Source: Eledone cirrhosa
Taxonomy: Eukaryota
Length of the DNA: 64,000 nt
Assembly: GCA_964016885.1 (NCBI GenBank)
Contig: OZ024743.1
Span: 202,058,001 to 202,122,000 of the forward strand
Reading direction: 5' to 3'
Part shown: positions 36,316 through 53,407 of the stretch, piece by piece
How positions within the stretch are numbered: the stretch's first letter is position 1
How the letters are laid out: each line of letters opens with the position of its first letter
The notes under the pieces: model-generated
The model's database searches: none
What the model saw: the letters and a program-made list of their open reading frames with translations, nothing else
Told to the model about the DNA's origin: nothing
Position numbers and translations under genes: made by a program

Positions 36316-39300
36316 TTATGTTTATTGAAAGAAAGAAAGTATTAATATAAAAGGACTGTTTAGGAACAGGTTTTGAATTGACCAATAGAAAAGAGTTATA
36401 GGTCAAGTTGACTTGATCAAACACCTCAGATTTAAAGAATATAAATCCAATTTTCAAAAGGATCTCGATTCTACCCTATTGGAGCTAAAAATATATAGTA
36501 AAATCCATATCCACTCTGACAAAACTGGAAATCTATACCACATGGATATTGTTAAATTATAATGAGTTCATTTATAAAGAACTCAGGAAAAATTATAAAA
36601 AATTTAAATAATGCGGCTCTTACCAATATCAACAAAAAAACATATAACATAGTAAATAAACTCAATATTGAAGACCGAACTGAACCCTTGGCACTGAAAA
36701 AATCGCATTTTAATCTGAAGGATCACAAATCTAATTTCAACTCTAATCCTTCTATAAGACTTATATGCCCTTCCAAATTTGACATTGGCATCATTAGCAA
36801 AAAAAGAATTCTGGATACAATTATCCCACAATTATGAAAACACGTCAACTTACCACTCTGGGAAAACACATCCCAAGTAATTACTTGGTTTACTAATATT
36901 GAAAATAAATCCTCTGCTTCATTTCTACAATTCGATATAGATGCATATTATTCCTCTATATCACTCATACTCCTAAACAAAGCATTGATATTTGCCAAAA
37001 ATAGATCAGACTTAACTATGGAAGACATCAATATTATCACGCACGCTAGACAAATACTACTTGAATTTCAGAAGGAGTATTGGACCAGAAATACATATAG
37101 TAATCTCTTCGACATAACTATGGGCTATAGTGATTCTGCAGAAATTACCGATCCTGTGGTCCTTCTTCTTCTATTTAACATTAATTCATCTTTTCCCCAC
37201 CTTAAAGGTGGTTTATATCGTGATGACTGTCTTCTTCTATCCAATAATCTTAGCCTATCAGAAATTGAAATAAATAAACTTATTAGAACTTTCCTCAAAG
37301 ACTATTATAATCTCACTATTACATTTGAAAACACCAGTAAAATAGTCAATTTCCTAGATATAACTATGCATCTATCTACGGGTATCTACCAACCTTACCA
37401 TAAACCTAACCAAAACTTATATTACATACACTCACATCTATCTTTAAAAACCTAGCATATAATATCTCACTCAGAATCTCTAACCTTTCATCAAATCATG
37501 ATGTATTCGATAAAAACGCGCCCTTTTATAATGAAGCTTTAGCTAGAAGCGGCCACAAGAACAAATTAGTCTATATACCTTGCACCAATAATATTACAAA
37601 CATACAACCTAATATTACCAACAAACACCAAATGAAAAACCCACACCTAAATGCCACTCATACTACAGCTTACAACATCAACATAAAACTTAATTTCTCT
37701 ACCTCTTCTCACATAAAAGATAATGACTTTCAAAAACTATTCACCCTAATACTCTAACATATGTCAACAACAAAACTAACAAAATTCCTAGTAATCACAC
37801 CAAAACATCTAAATCAATTAATCTAACTAAACCTATATATAATAGAATCACTAATAGTAACTCTCTCAGTAAACTCCCGATACATCATATAAATATAAGA
37901 AACAATGTCGAAACCGTAATAGACGAGTTACTTGGTATAATGCTCCATTTAATCTACAGATTAAAGACCATATCCCTAAAAAATTCTTTGCTATCCTAAA
38001 GAAAAACTTCCCACCAAACTATAAATACCATCACATTTTAAATGGATCTACTGTCAAATTTTCCTACTCCACTACCAAGAATATACAACAGAATATAAGT
38101 GCTTACAACACATATAAGTGTAAAAGAAACCATTAATATACCACAAACACATCAAACCAATCATAATAATACTAAAATAAACTAAAACAAACCACCTTCT
38201 GCTTCACCTATAATAGGTCCCATAAACGCCACACCAATTTTGATTAATGATCTCTAAAACAAACAGATCTCTACTAGCTCCACATCGCCTAAACTATCAC
38301 CCACCAACAACCTGTCTAACCATGCTAATCTAATTACAACCCATTCTAAACCATACATTAATGAAAATAGTAACACTAATACCACTATAGATAACACCAT
38401 TAACTCTCCTGATACAATATTTACGAATGGTTGTAACTGTAGAATCAAAATAAATTGCCCATTAAAGGGAAATTGTCTTATTAATAACATAATCTATAAA
38501 TGTGTAATTAGTACTAAGGACTCCACTCAATCCTATATAGGAGCTACGTCTAACCAATTTAAAGTAAGATTTAATACCCACAAACATAGTTTTAAAAATG
38601 CCGCATTAGCTAATACAATCTCCTTGGCTGAAGCAATTAATAATTATAGAAATAGGGATATTGATTACAACTTGACCTGGTGCGTGCCCAAAAGGGCCAC
38701 CCCTTATCAAAATAGGAGATATGAGTGTAGGTTATGCTCCCAAGAACCTTTTGAAATCATGAAATCTAATGATATCCTATTAAATAAGCGACATGACTTA
38801 ATTATATCATGCGATCATAGAATTAGAAAAAACCTTCAAATATTATAAACTTAATTAGTATATACATCACTCTTATATTTTACAAATCATTATGATTAAT
38901 TTTAAAGGTTTTTTTTATTTAGTTACCCTATAATTAGAAATCTACTACAGAGAATTTCATAATTTTATTTCCCCCTTACAATTCACTTTACCTAAAGTTA
39001 GCTTTAACCTCACTACTTCTTTTAACCGCATCCCCTATTTATCACATTTAATACCTAGGTTTATTAAAAATAATTAATATCTTTAATATTATGGATGTTT
39101 ACATAGATACACTACTTTTTATAAAATTTTATCTATTTCAGTTTTTCTATATATATTTTTATTTTTTTTATTTTTTACTTCTTTATTTATCACATTCATA
39201 AGAATTAATATAGTTTTAACTCTGTAAGTATACCTATCAATTAATTTAATTTCCTTTTATGTATCTAGGTTCCTTTAAATTTAAATAAGATTAGTATTTC

Positions 39301-39606
39301 TCACTAACACTCTCATCCCATAAATTCCTTTCCCTTCGCTTTTAACACCATTTTTTAATAACATCAACAATTTTTGGGACTCCTTCACTATCTCGTTGAT
39401 TTAACCTCATTTAAACCCCTATCTTTCTCTTGCCCATTGTATTATTTTCATTCAAAGCATAAATTTACATTCCTCCCCTCCACTCCTAGCATAAAGTTAT
39501 ATTACTGTAATTCTATCAACTTGACCTCTAACTCTATAGGTCAATTCAAAACCGGTTCCCAAACAGATCTTTTAAATTTATACTTTGTTTCTTTCAATAA
39601 ACATAC

Positions 39607-39743
39607 TTCATCATTTCTGAAGATGGCATGTATAGGTGAAGGTATGTATATCTCCTCTGATAATTTGTAATATTTTTTTACATAGATCTTTAACATGATA
39701 TACATACCAACATATATCCCAGGATCGATCGTAAAATGATGAA
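39607..39743 (+). ncRNA. Hammerhead with ~100-nt stem II domain (3' core mutated to GGAU)
   Basis: ttcatcattt ctgaaga ... ggat cgatcg ta aaatgatgaa; 10-bp stem I. Confidence 0.65.
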
Positions 39744-39795
39744 CTTTTCAATATATTGTTTTTATTAATTTATCATATATATATATGTATGTATG

Positions 39796-39858
<63 letters not shown>

Positions 39859-40074
39859 GTTAAAGTGTACATCTACATATGTATACGGAAGTACTAGTAT
39901 GCATATAAATACACACATGTATACATATGTACATGTACCGAGTTTTTCACTAGACACTTTACAGTGAGTGTCCAGCTAGTCTGTATGTAAACAAACAGAC
40001 GAACCGGGTTTTAAAGTCATACGAGTTTTCAAGGAAACACACTTCCTCCATTCTCCAGAGAGCCAGACAGGAAC

Positions 40075-40113
40075 ATTGGACTAGTTTCGATGTTATTACA
40101 TCTCATCAGCAAT
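40075..40113 (-). ncRNA. Type I hammerhead ribozyme (GUC site)
   Basis: AUUG-CUGAUGA-GAUGU(AAUA)ACAUC-GAAA-CUAG-UC-CAAU. Confidence 0.9.
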
Positions 40114-40818
40114 AATTACCTATCTTCCGGCTTCTCTGGAGAATTGTACAAGCACATATCGTTATATGCTTTTTCTATGAAAATCAGAAGTGGGCAGACT
40201 AATTTGCATAGAACGTGAGTCATTGTACGCGCAGGTTCAGCGGAAACGATAAAAACAAATAACGAAACGAAATTAAATTTCGTTTCGCTTCTAACTCACT
40301 TTTGTATGACTGACGCTTAAACAATTAAGTTAAAGTGTACATCTACATATGTATACGGAAGTACTAGTATGCATATAAATACACACATGTATACATATGT
40401 ACATGTACCGAGTTTTTCACTAGACACTTTAGAGTGAGTGTCCAGCTAGTCTGTATGTAAACAAACATACGAACCGGGTTTTAAAGTCATACACTCACTG
40501 TAAAGTGTCTAGTGAAAAACTCGGTACATGTACATATGTATACATGTGTGTATTTATATGCATACTAGTACTTCCGTATACATATGTAGATGTACACTTT
40601 AACTTAATTGTTTAAGCGTCAGTCATACAAAAGTGAGTTAGAAGCGAAACGAAATTTAATTTCGTTTCGTTATTTGTTTTTATCGTTTCCGCTGAACCTG
40701 CGCGTACAATGACTCACGTTCTATGCAAATTAGTCTGCCCACTACTGATTTTCATAGAAAAAGCATATAACGATATGTGCTTTTACAATTCTCCAGAGAA
40801 GCCGGAAGATAGGTAATT

Positions 40819-40857
40819 ATTGCTGATGAGATGTAATAACATCGAAACTAGTCCAAT
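40819..40857 (+). ncRNA. Type I hammerhead ribozyme (GUC site)
   Basis: attg ctgatga gatgt(aata)acatc gaaa ctag tc caat. Confidence 0.9.
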
Positions 40858-41145
40858 GTTCCTGTCTGGCTCTCTGGAGAATGGAGGAAGTGTGTTTCCT
40901 TGAAAACTCGTATGACTTTAAAACCCGGTTCGTCTGTTTGTTTACATACAGACTAGCTGGACACTCACTGTAAAGTGTCTAGTGAAAAACTCGGTACATG
41001 TACATATGTATACCTGTGTGTATTTATATGCATACTAGTACTTCCGTATACATATGTAGATGTACACTTTAACTTAATTGTTTAAGCGTTAGTCATACAA
41101 AAGTGAGTTAGAAGCGAAACGAAATTTAATTTCGTTTCGTTGTTT

Positions 41146-41214
<69 letters not shown>

Positions 41215-41216
<2 letters not shown>

Positions 41217-41330
41217 GGCGTATAGCTGAGTGGTTAGAGAATTGGATTCGCAATCATGAGGTTGTGAGTTCGATTCCTGGACCAGGCGATGCGTTATGTC
41301 ATTGAGCAAGACACTTTATTTCACGTTGCA
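41215..41330 (+). mobile_element. tRNA-derived SINE head with CORE-like segment
   Basis: A-box tagctgagtgg, B-box gttcgattcc, then ttgagcaagacactt. Confidence 0.7.
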
Positions 41331-41428
41331 CCCTCTACCTGGAGTTGCGACCGATAGATAGTACTAGCAATTGGAAAGACCAACGGAAACATAGTTTCCT
41401 CGGTCCGATTTGACGAAACTTGATCGTT

Positions 41429-41475
<47 letters not shown>

Positions 41476-42665
41476 GTATGTATATATATATATATATATA
41501 TATATAGTTACTATCTTGACAGATTACCCTCACAATTACTACGTAGCGGTTCTTGCACGTGACTGCTAGACCCGGATGAAACGAAGACGGAGAATTTCCT
41601 TGCGTACCGTTTTGTACCACAGATGCAATCTCACTCTGCCTCGTTAATGTTCAATCGACACCAAAGTTCTACGTTCGGGGCAATAGAATTGAATCCAACC
41701 ACCGACAACATAGTTGGATGACCGATAATCACACCAAACAGGAGTACTGTCATCCTTGTGATTTCGAGATATACAACCACTGACACTGTTACGAAGACCA
41801 CAAAACCATACTCCATAATATTGAACCATGTGATTGATTTGTGCGACCAAAATAACACCACACACATATTGAACTAGGAATATTGGATCCTCCGTCAATG
41901 TCTGGGTGAGCAAAAATAGATTTCTATCTGCATTGGAATTTACGAACTTGTGCATCTGCTGTGGTTTTAAAAACAAACGCACATGACCGCACAGATGAAC
42001 AATGGACTATGCCACGTGGGTTTAACCTGCAAGTGAATTGAAGGATGTGTAACTCTGATATACATATTATTTATTATTAAGATGTATAAACTTGACATAA
42101 CTATTATCATCTTATATTCTCTAAACTAATAACATTTGATTATATTTCTCTATCCCGTTTTCTCCCCCCATATTTTATAATATTTTTATTCTAATACTTG
42201 CTTATATTTCTTTATATATTCTCTATATATATTTTTATATATATATTTTTTTATCTTTATTCTTATTTTCACTTTTATCCTCCTTTATATTTTACCTTAT
42301 TCTTACTTGTATACCTTATTATAGTGTAATCTTCCCCATGCCTTATTATACATTATTAATTATAGATTTCTAATTACCTCATGTACTTTCTCCTCCGTTA
42401 TATATATATTGTATGCCCTTTGTGTGTGTGTAGCCTCTGCACACGCTCTGCACCCTACTATCGACGCCACCCCATCTATGGCTCAACTAAGCACTCGACA
42501 CCCGGGAATGAATATGACCACAGCTAGTAAACAAGGACCCACACCCCACCCTCCCGCACCAAAATTAGACTTATAGTCGCCTGCTTTTGCTCTTTATTCT
42601 CTTTACTCTTTGTTCTTGAATGTTTGGTTGGTAGAGTCCATAACACCAATCAAACCCCTTTTATA

Positions 42666-42710
42666 GCTCTGACGAATCCTACGGTTACGTAAGGAAGAAA
42701 CATTGTAAGC
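42666..42710 (+). ncRNA. Type I hammerhead at the 3' end of a decayed insert (about 41506-42755)
   Basis: gct ctgacga atcctacg(gtta)cgtaaggaa gaaa cattg ta agc. Confidence 0.78.
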
Positions 42711-42752
42711 CAATAAAAATCTTTTGATGTTGTAGACGCTCTTGTGTTCTTT

Positions 42753-42828
<76 letters not shown>

Positions 42829-42873
42829 CAATTGATATTATATAAAAGGAAACTATATTTATAAAACCATAAT

Positions 42874-42935
42874 TATTCAATTATGTATATTTCAAGGGTA
42901 CCACAAATTTTGGTGCGCTATCATCAGATAAAATA
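42874..42935 (-). ncRNA. Type I hammerhead ribozyme
   Basis: UAUUUUAU-CUGAUGA-..GCACC..GGUAC..-GAAA-UAUACA-UA-AUUGAAUA. Confidence 0.68.
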
Positions 42936-43884
42936 CAAAATGTTTCATAAATATTTGACATGACCAAGGATGATATACCTTAACGGTTTAAGTTATCCCT
43001 CGAAAATGAAGGTGAAAATTCAGATATTTAAAATTATTAATATGAGTATGCAAATGAAGTGTATATTAAAGGGCTGAAAAAACGTTATATTAGACGCTAT
43101 GGAAAATTTAAATATTTATGATAAGGAAAGAAGAGAAAAAGAAAAGAATAACATGAATTCGGAGGAAAAGATTTTTGTTACCTATATTATGAGTTATAAA
43201 ATTATATGAAGAATTATCTTTGTAAGTATTTTTATATTATTACATTAGGATAGGTTATATGTATATAAATATCTCTCTATATATTTATATTAATAAATTG
43301 CATATGCATTGATTGTTTATATAAAAAAACAATATGAGTTACGAAGGATGTTGAACATTTTATTTTCAAGTTGTGTGATTAGAATAATTTGTGGATTCAA
43401 AATTGTTCAACATTGAGAATGTTTTCAGAATATTGTTAATTTAACGAGGCTATATAAATTATCAAACTAAAATTTATTATATACATATATACTAGTACAA
43501 GTACCCAGCGGTGGCCGGAAAACAGATCACTCTGACAATAGTCAATTTCTTGAAAAGTAATTGCGAATATATATAAATATATTTTGTGAAAGATGTTCAT
43601 ATTCTCGGTATTTGTGTTGTGTGTGTGTGTTGTTAATTTTGGCCAGTAACAGTAATTTGGCAAAGAAAGATCAATAATAAGTAAAAGATTTTAATGTGTA
43701 TTAGAAAAAGCAAATGATAATGAATGCGAATAAGTAGTGAGAAGAGAGATGAACAATGAAAAGGGGGTAGAACAAAATATTGTTTCATAAAAATGAAAGA
43801 GGGGAGATGAATGGACACGTATACAAAACACATTAGAAACACACACACACACACACATATGTATATATATAAACTTACTATTCA

Positions 43885-46868
<2,984 letters not shown>

Positions 46869-48595
46869 TTTGCTCTTAATCAGTGAACAAGAACAACAAA
46901 TCCTGCAGCTACCAGCAAAATTTGCCATCTACAAAAAGATTAACCCTATTGAGTGCAAAACGGAGTTGGAAAAGTGTTTCACAAAAATACGTTGGAATGC
47001 AAAAGTAAACAACAACAACAACTATACGGACAACTACAACAATAATAACGGTAGTAATAATATAAACAATAACTCTGAGTATAGAAATAACAACCATAAC
47101 AATAACAATAGCAGGAGAGTGAGAAATAGTAATAGTGGTAATAATACTAACGATAGACAGAACAACAACAACAACCACAATAAGCAACGACCACAGTAGT
47201 AATAACGGTAACAATACGAACAACAACAACAACAACCACAGTGGTAATAATGGAAATAATACATGTAGCAACATTAATGATAGAAACAACAAAAACAAGA
47301 AACATAATAAAAGTAACAACCACAATGGTAGAAATAACAGTAACAACAACAATAACGGTGAAGTAAATAACAATCACAGCAACAATACATCTAGCAATCA
47401 TAACAACAATACATCTAACAATCACATCAACAATACATCTAGCAATCATAACAACAATACATCTAACAATCACAGCAACAATACACCTAGCAATCATAAC
47501 AACAATACATCTAACAATCACAGCAACAATACATCTAGCAATCATAACAATAATAATAATGCTAATGATAGGAACAACAACAACCACCATAATAACAATA
47601 ATAGCAACACACACAACTATGACGATAGATATAATGTCAACCACTTAGAGAATCTATTTTTCAACCCAGCTGACAAAATATATAAGATGGGTAATATCTA
47701 TCCTACGAGGTTACCCTTTAATAAAAGAGTTTGTATACCACAACAAATAGATGACGAGACAGAGGCACAGTTCACAATAGCTAGAAATAACATTAGACAA
47801 ATAGTAGACCGGTATACTAAGAGACAGAGCAGACCAGAGGCCCAACAACTTGGGAGGAAACCTGTAGAAGGCTTGGTTAGCCTCAAGCAGCGCACAAGGG
47901 ATGGTGAGGTAGTATGTCTACCCACGGATAAGTCTGGTAGGATGTCAATATATATCATGCCGAACTAGATCAAGGCTATGCAACCCCACATCACCAACAC
48001 GAGCGAAATTGCACAGCAAAAACATGATGGGAGAGAGAACATCCTCAACGCTCACATGATGATGTGGACCGACATCCTAAAGCCAAGCAGACGAACTGCC
48101 AACAACTTCCAGGCGTCTAACAATGGCATACCACCCTTGTATGGGCTCCGCAAAGACCACAAGCCAGTCGACGACCCGACAACAGGACCACCAACAAGAC
48201 CCGTATGCGGAGCTAATATAGCTAGCAACTACAGGATCTCCTACTTCCTCTCAATGGTTATACGCCCCATAATGAAGATGTCCCCAGGTGTATGTGACAG
48301 TACAGAGGGCCTCCTCAGCAGAATCAGTGAGTGCAACAAAAACAGGAACCTATCCAACTGCATAATAGGCAGCATGGATGTGGTATCACTGTACCCATCC
48401 ATTAACATTGATTTTGCTGTGGAAAAATGTGTGGATATGATTATTGAGAGTGAGGTAGAATTCTGCGACGTCGACACAGACGAACTGGGCCTCCTACTTA
48501 GACTTACCTACGACACTGACTACCTAGACAGCCATGACCTTAGACGTTTCTGCTCCAGTAGACCCATAAGATGTAGACCCCACACCATAACCTAT
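46869..48595 (+). mobile_element. Penelope-like element N-terminal and RT 5' half (pseudogene) with Asn-rich expansion
   Basis: PAKFAIY..ELEKCFTKIRW; PTDKSGRM; PPLYGLRKDHK..TRPVCGA; SMDVVSLYPSI; interrupted near 48595. Confidence 0.88.
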
Positions 48596-48603
48596 ATATA
48601 TTC

Positions 48604-49257
48604 ATTAAAATAACAGATTAAAGTTTAAGCAAAGAATCGCTGCGTTCACCCTTAACGGATCTTCTGAAACTAAAAAAATCAATCTGTGAGTGAGCGCAGA
48701 AGTAAATATTTCGAAAAACGTTGCAACCGAAGGAAGACAGGAAGACGATACTTTGGTTCGTGGAAACGTTCCCTGGCAAAGAACGAAAAAAAAAGAAGAT
48801 AATACGTCATTATTCGGAGCGGTGAAAACAATTACACGCAAAGACAAAACCACGTTTGTGGTATAAATGAAGTCGTAGACTAATATTCTATTAGGTGGTT
48901 CGTGGAGACGTTCTCTGGCAATGAACGGAAAAAATGAAGATAATACGTCATTATGTGGTGCGTTGAGAACAATTACACGCAAAGACAAAACCACGTTTAT
49001 GGCATAACTGGAGTCGTAGACTAAAATTCTATTTAGGAAACCGAATGATTCTCGGCTTCAGAGTTAAGAATAATGTAAATAAATTACAGAGGTTATTGAA
49101 ATCAACAAGAATATAAATATATACATACACGCATCCATATACGTACATACACATGCATACGCAAAAACAGCCGCCATGGGTACTTAAATACGGTTCTTAT
49201 ATATTTGATATATATTTACCTCTCTTTGGGTTTTAGTCTTCAAATTTATTATTACTA
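48604..49257. mobile_element. Longest 'CAGA-core' family copy (minus) with short plus-strand 3' arm
   Basis: HHR-like motif at 48622-48671; internal ~140-nt duplication (about 48755-49033); 49189-49257 matches 2467-2545. Confidence 0.7.
48622..48671 (-). ncRNA. Hammerhead-like motif with U4A core (CAGAAGA)
   Basis: AGUUU-CAGAAGA-UCC(GUUAA)GGGU-GAAC-GCA..UGC-UU-AAACU. Confidence 0.55.
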
Positions 49258-49287
49258 TATATATATATATATGGGTGGGGATACGTG

Positions 49288-49340
<53 letters not shown>

Positions 49341-49929
49341 ATGTGTGTGTTGTGTATAATCTATTGATAAACCCATTAGCAAATTACATTTTTAAATTAT
49401 TAATATGTATATATTGAGTAATTGAAGTTGAACTGATCGTATATGAAGATTCATGTTTTTAAATGATGTCCTCCGTTATTAAACAGCGAAAGAAGTATAT
49501 AAGTCATGAATTGTAGAATAGTATATGTATCGAAATATTCGAAGAGAAAGCGAGGAAAGGATTTTGACCGTGAGACTTGGTGAGAGAAATTTATAGGGAA
49601 GATTGAGTATAGTGTATCGATAATAGTGTGTACAGGAGAAAATAAAACGTAAATATAAAAATGTAGGTGAACCAGGTTAATAAGGATTAGAACATATATG
49701 GAAATAGAAAATATAATATAGTAGGAGATTTATTACGCAAGAAGCCGAACAGTAGACGGAAATATAAATAAATACGTTCAATAATTTCCTGTAATGGTTA
49801 GCGAATTTGGGTGTATTTCACTCGATTTTCTAAGCTTTTATTTATAACAATCGAGTGTGGTTACAGAGAATATCTATGTGTATATGTATGTATGTTCTCT
49901 TTCTATTAATTTAGTGTGTAATTTTGACC

Positions 49930-50740
49930 GGCCACATTCCTGGTGGCAAGGTTGTTAAAGAAAAGAAATTGTCATCCCTTGAATCACAAGAATATTCTGC
50001 AAATTTTGAAGGTGCCAAATGTCGCAGCCATTTGTTGTCTTTTAATTAGGGAGCTGCGCTCTTTGTACATAAATCCAAATTCAGTCATACTTTGGTCCAA
50101 GCGGGTTGGTATATACATTGTTGCTCCAAAAATAATGGGTATGCAGTGTATCTTAGATACTGGATCTGCAAAGTCCTCATCAATGGTCTGTAGATGTCCT
50201 CCTTCTCCTGTATTTTTATTACAACGTTGACATCAAGTTGGCAGCTAATCTCCACAACAGAGAACGTTTTCAATATATGGTCCCAAAGAATAATATCTGG
50301 CCAGTTCTGCTTTAATTTAGTGGCAGTTTTATTTTCAGGTTCCACCAGGATTTCTTAGGGCCATCCATCTCAGCATATTCCTCCTCATGTGTCTTTAATT
50401 TTATTTTCCTTAGTGTGTTCCAGAGGGTTCTAGCTATCACATCGAGTCTCATAGGGAGGTAGTAATGAGATTATATTCTTTCACAGTTGGCATTGATGTG
50501 GTTAACATCTTCGATCTTCGTTTTACATAGGCTACATTTATTGTCGACTGATGACCCTCCACTTTTCTGCAGTATATATATTTGGTCGGGATTTTATGCT
50601 CCTGTATTGCAGGAGGGTGTTATAAACTTGTCGCAACTCCATGCCAGGCGTTTTGAATGATTTATCCACTCTATGGTCTGTGTTTTTTTATCTCAGATGC
50701 CCATGCACAACTTTCTCTGTGGATTAGTTCATTTTTTCAT
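49930..50740 (-). mobile_element. RLE-type non-LTR retrotransposon 3' fragment (R4/NeSL-like), decayed
   Basis: CSLCKTKIEDVNHINANC zinc finger, YYLPMR, then PDIILWD..VVEISC..DVN..EKEDIY (PD-D/ExK nuclease). Confidence 0.8.
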
Positions 50741-51227
50741 CTTGTTTGGGCATTGACTAGGATCCACCAATCTTGCTGGGAGAGAGAATTATATCTGGCC
50801 TTATTCCATGTTTCTCCCCCAGAGAGACGATGAATAAGGCCTGATATAAATGTATGTATGTATATACATATGTATGTATATACACATGATGGTATCCAAT
50901 GATGTTGACTTGTTCTTCTTTTTGGTAAATATCATCTTGGTTAAGAGAGTGGGACTGGCTTTGTGCAGTGCCTTTGCTCACTATAAAAGCTTCACGGCAC
51001 AGGCATTGCTTTATATCTGGAGATCTCTCTGCACTTGTCGTCACATGGTACCATGGGCCCAGCACTATGTGTCAATAATTGTCACAAGTGTAGTGTTTGT
51101 ACCAGAGTTTTCAAGTCGCTGGCTGGACTAAAAAGTCACACTCGTTCAGCGCATCGGTAGGGGTTCTCCTACATGGATATAAAGTAGTGGCTGTACTCGA
51201 AAACGAGTTGGCAGCCAGCATATACAC

Positions 51228-51303
<76 letters not shown>

Positions 51304-52039
51304 TTATATATATATATATATTGAAAATACTGCTAGGATTGGTATTTCTCACAAAGGGCAGCGGGTTACGAACATGTAGGAATATAGAAATTATCAACGG
51401 TCCTATACCTGTAATGTTTGACTTATTTGTATTTTACTATATAAGAACTCTTGTTATTTGTGTGAATATATGTATGTATGTTTTTAAATCTTCCTTTCCT
51501 AGTAAATTACTATTTTGTCAGTGTTCTTTTGTCTTGTGTATTTGTATAACCACACTGGCACACAAAAAGCATATGTAGATATAAATACACATCTATATAA
51601 ACTTTCTCTTAAACTCTATTACTGTCTCTCTTCTCCTCTCTCTCACTCTCACCATCTTTGTCTGTCAACGCACACACACTCATACACATTTTTCTCTCAC
51701 TATTTCTATTCATATAACTTTTATTTTCTTTTGATTTAATATATCATGATACGACACGTTCAGACAATATCCCTTAAATAAAACAAAAAGAATGCAATAC
51801 AGCAACAAAAGAATTAACAAATATATGACTGTATCAATAACAACAATAACAATAATATCATAAATAGATAAAATGAAAAGAATTAGCGCGATAACTAAAG
51901 GTAAATCTATTTAACAGTAATAATCATATGAGATAACGTATGTGGATACTGTTACAACGAATATCTCTATCGATTGCTCTAAGGTTAAATATGCAATGTA
52001 GTTGTGTATTGTTTTTTTTTGTAGGGAGGTACTTTTCTA

Positions 52040-52712
52040 AAGCGAACTGGTAGAATCATTAGATTTTCGTAGAAAATGCTTTACTGCATTTAGTTACTGC
52101 CCGTTACATTGTGGTTTCAAATCAGACCGAGGCATTTTTTTTATTTCATCCTTCGGACGACGTTCAAAAAATGATAGTTAATACTGGAATCGATATAATC
52201 GAATTTCCCATTTCATCATATTGTTAGCCTTGTTAGAAAGTATCATTATTATTATCATATGCGGTGGATTGGCAGTATCGGTAGAGGGTCGGACGCCATG
52301 CTTTCACGCATAGAGTTACGGCCCTTGCCATTCTGAGTTCAAATCCCGCCGAGGTTGACTTTGCCTTTCATCCTTACGGGTTCGATAAAATAAAGTACCA
52401 GTAATGCACTGGGTAATTTGCTGGCCTTGTGCCAAAAAGTAGAAACAATTATTATTATATGCTTTGTTTCTAAAGTAGAAATTATTATTATTATTATATT
52501 GCTGGCCTTGTGCTAAACGTAGAAACAATTATTATATGATTTTTGGCATAGAATTACGGCCCTTTACGGTCTGAGTTCAAATCCCGCCGAGGTTAGCTTT
52601 GTCCTTCATCCTTACGGTGTCGATAAAATAAGTACCAGTCACGCACTGGTTTCGATTTAATCGACTTTCCCCTCCCCTTTATATTTCAAGCCTTGTATCT
52701 ATAGTAGAAATA
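52040..52712 (+). mobile_element. Cluster of about three tRNA-derived Nin-type SINE copies
   Basis: Best copy at 52261-52445: ggattggcagtatcgg..ctgagttcaaatcccgccgaggttgactttgcctttcatcctt..gataaaataaagtaccag. Confidence 0.8.
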
Positions 52713-52737
52713 ATTATTATACGATTTGCGGCATAGA

Positions 52738-53005
52738 GCCTGCTGACGTAACCAAGTTCATGCAGATCTGTTTCAACACTTGATTTGGATATCTGGAGAA
52801 TATCTGCGATCTCCCTGGTTGTAAGATGGGTTTGATGTTAACTAACTCCTTCACTCGGTTGCTGTTAATCACAGTTCGCGGTCCAGAGTGAGGTGCAGCT
52901 TGAATCGAAAAATTGTTTGATCGAAATCTTGAAAATCCCTTCTAGCATACACGTTCTGTAACAACACCCCCTCCGTACCGTGTATATGTTCCTGCAATTT
53001 TCGAA
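52738..53005 (-). pseudogene. Mariner transposase N-terminal (HTH) fragment
   Basis: Minus-strand translation: GVVTERVC*KGFSRFR..APHSGPR..LTTREIADILQISKSSVETDLHELGYVSR. Confidence 0.78.
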
Positions 53006-53407
53006 CGCTTTCTTAACTTTTTTGTAAATAAAGAAACATAATGTGTCGATAATGGTTCTCCATTTAGGGGGTTAAGATAAACGCTCAAAATACAACCAAT
53101 CTCGTCAGAGTTTTGCTACGAACTACTTTGAAGTATCAAGTATAGCAACTATGAATGCGCCTGAAGTTTACTATTAGCAAAAGCCTAAGAGATATTTTGG
53201 CTAACACAATATTTTGTAACCAAACTCGGGCGTAAACATGTATCTTTGAAGGCTTTTTAGTTTACATTTAACAGAACATTTCAACGAAAGATAGAAGGGA
53301 ATCTCCCGTAAAAGAAAAGAAAACATAAATAATTATATAGAAAATAAGAATAGAATAGATGTAGGTAAATAAACCCCTGAACAAAGTGAACCATAATGAT
53401 TTCTTAT

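Larger units (their letters stand above)
35985..39775 (+). mobile_element. Naiad-type PLE with inverted 3'-end copy at its 5' side (35985-36412)
   Basis: LKDHKSNFNSNPSIRLICPSK, FDITMG, GGLYRDDCL, CNCR..CPLKGNCL, YIGAT and CRLC..LLNKR; 36175-36412 is the reverse complement of 39515-39750. Confidence 0.9.
39853..41148. mobile_element. Octamer-family retrozyme, 470-nt unit, head-to-head tandem arms
   Basis: Direct repeat 39853 vs 40323; inversion junction near 40490; arms almost identical; ATGCAAAT at 40723. Confidence 0.9.

Noticed and set aside
31400-38470. Selenocysteine recoding, reported for some Naiads
   Set aside because: The Cys-motif codons read at about 31480 (CSCR), 34054 (CNCR) and 38432 (CNCR) are TGT/TGC, and the stop at about 34152 is TAG; no in-frame TGA at a Cys position was seen
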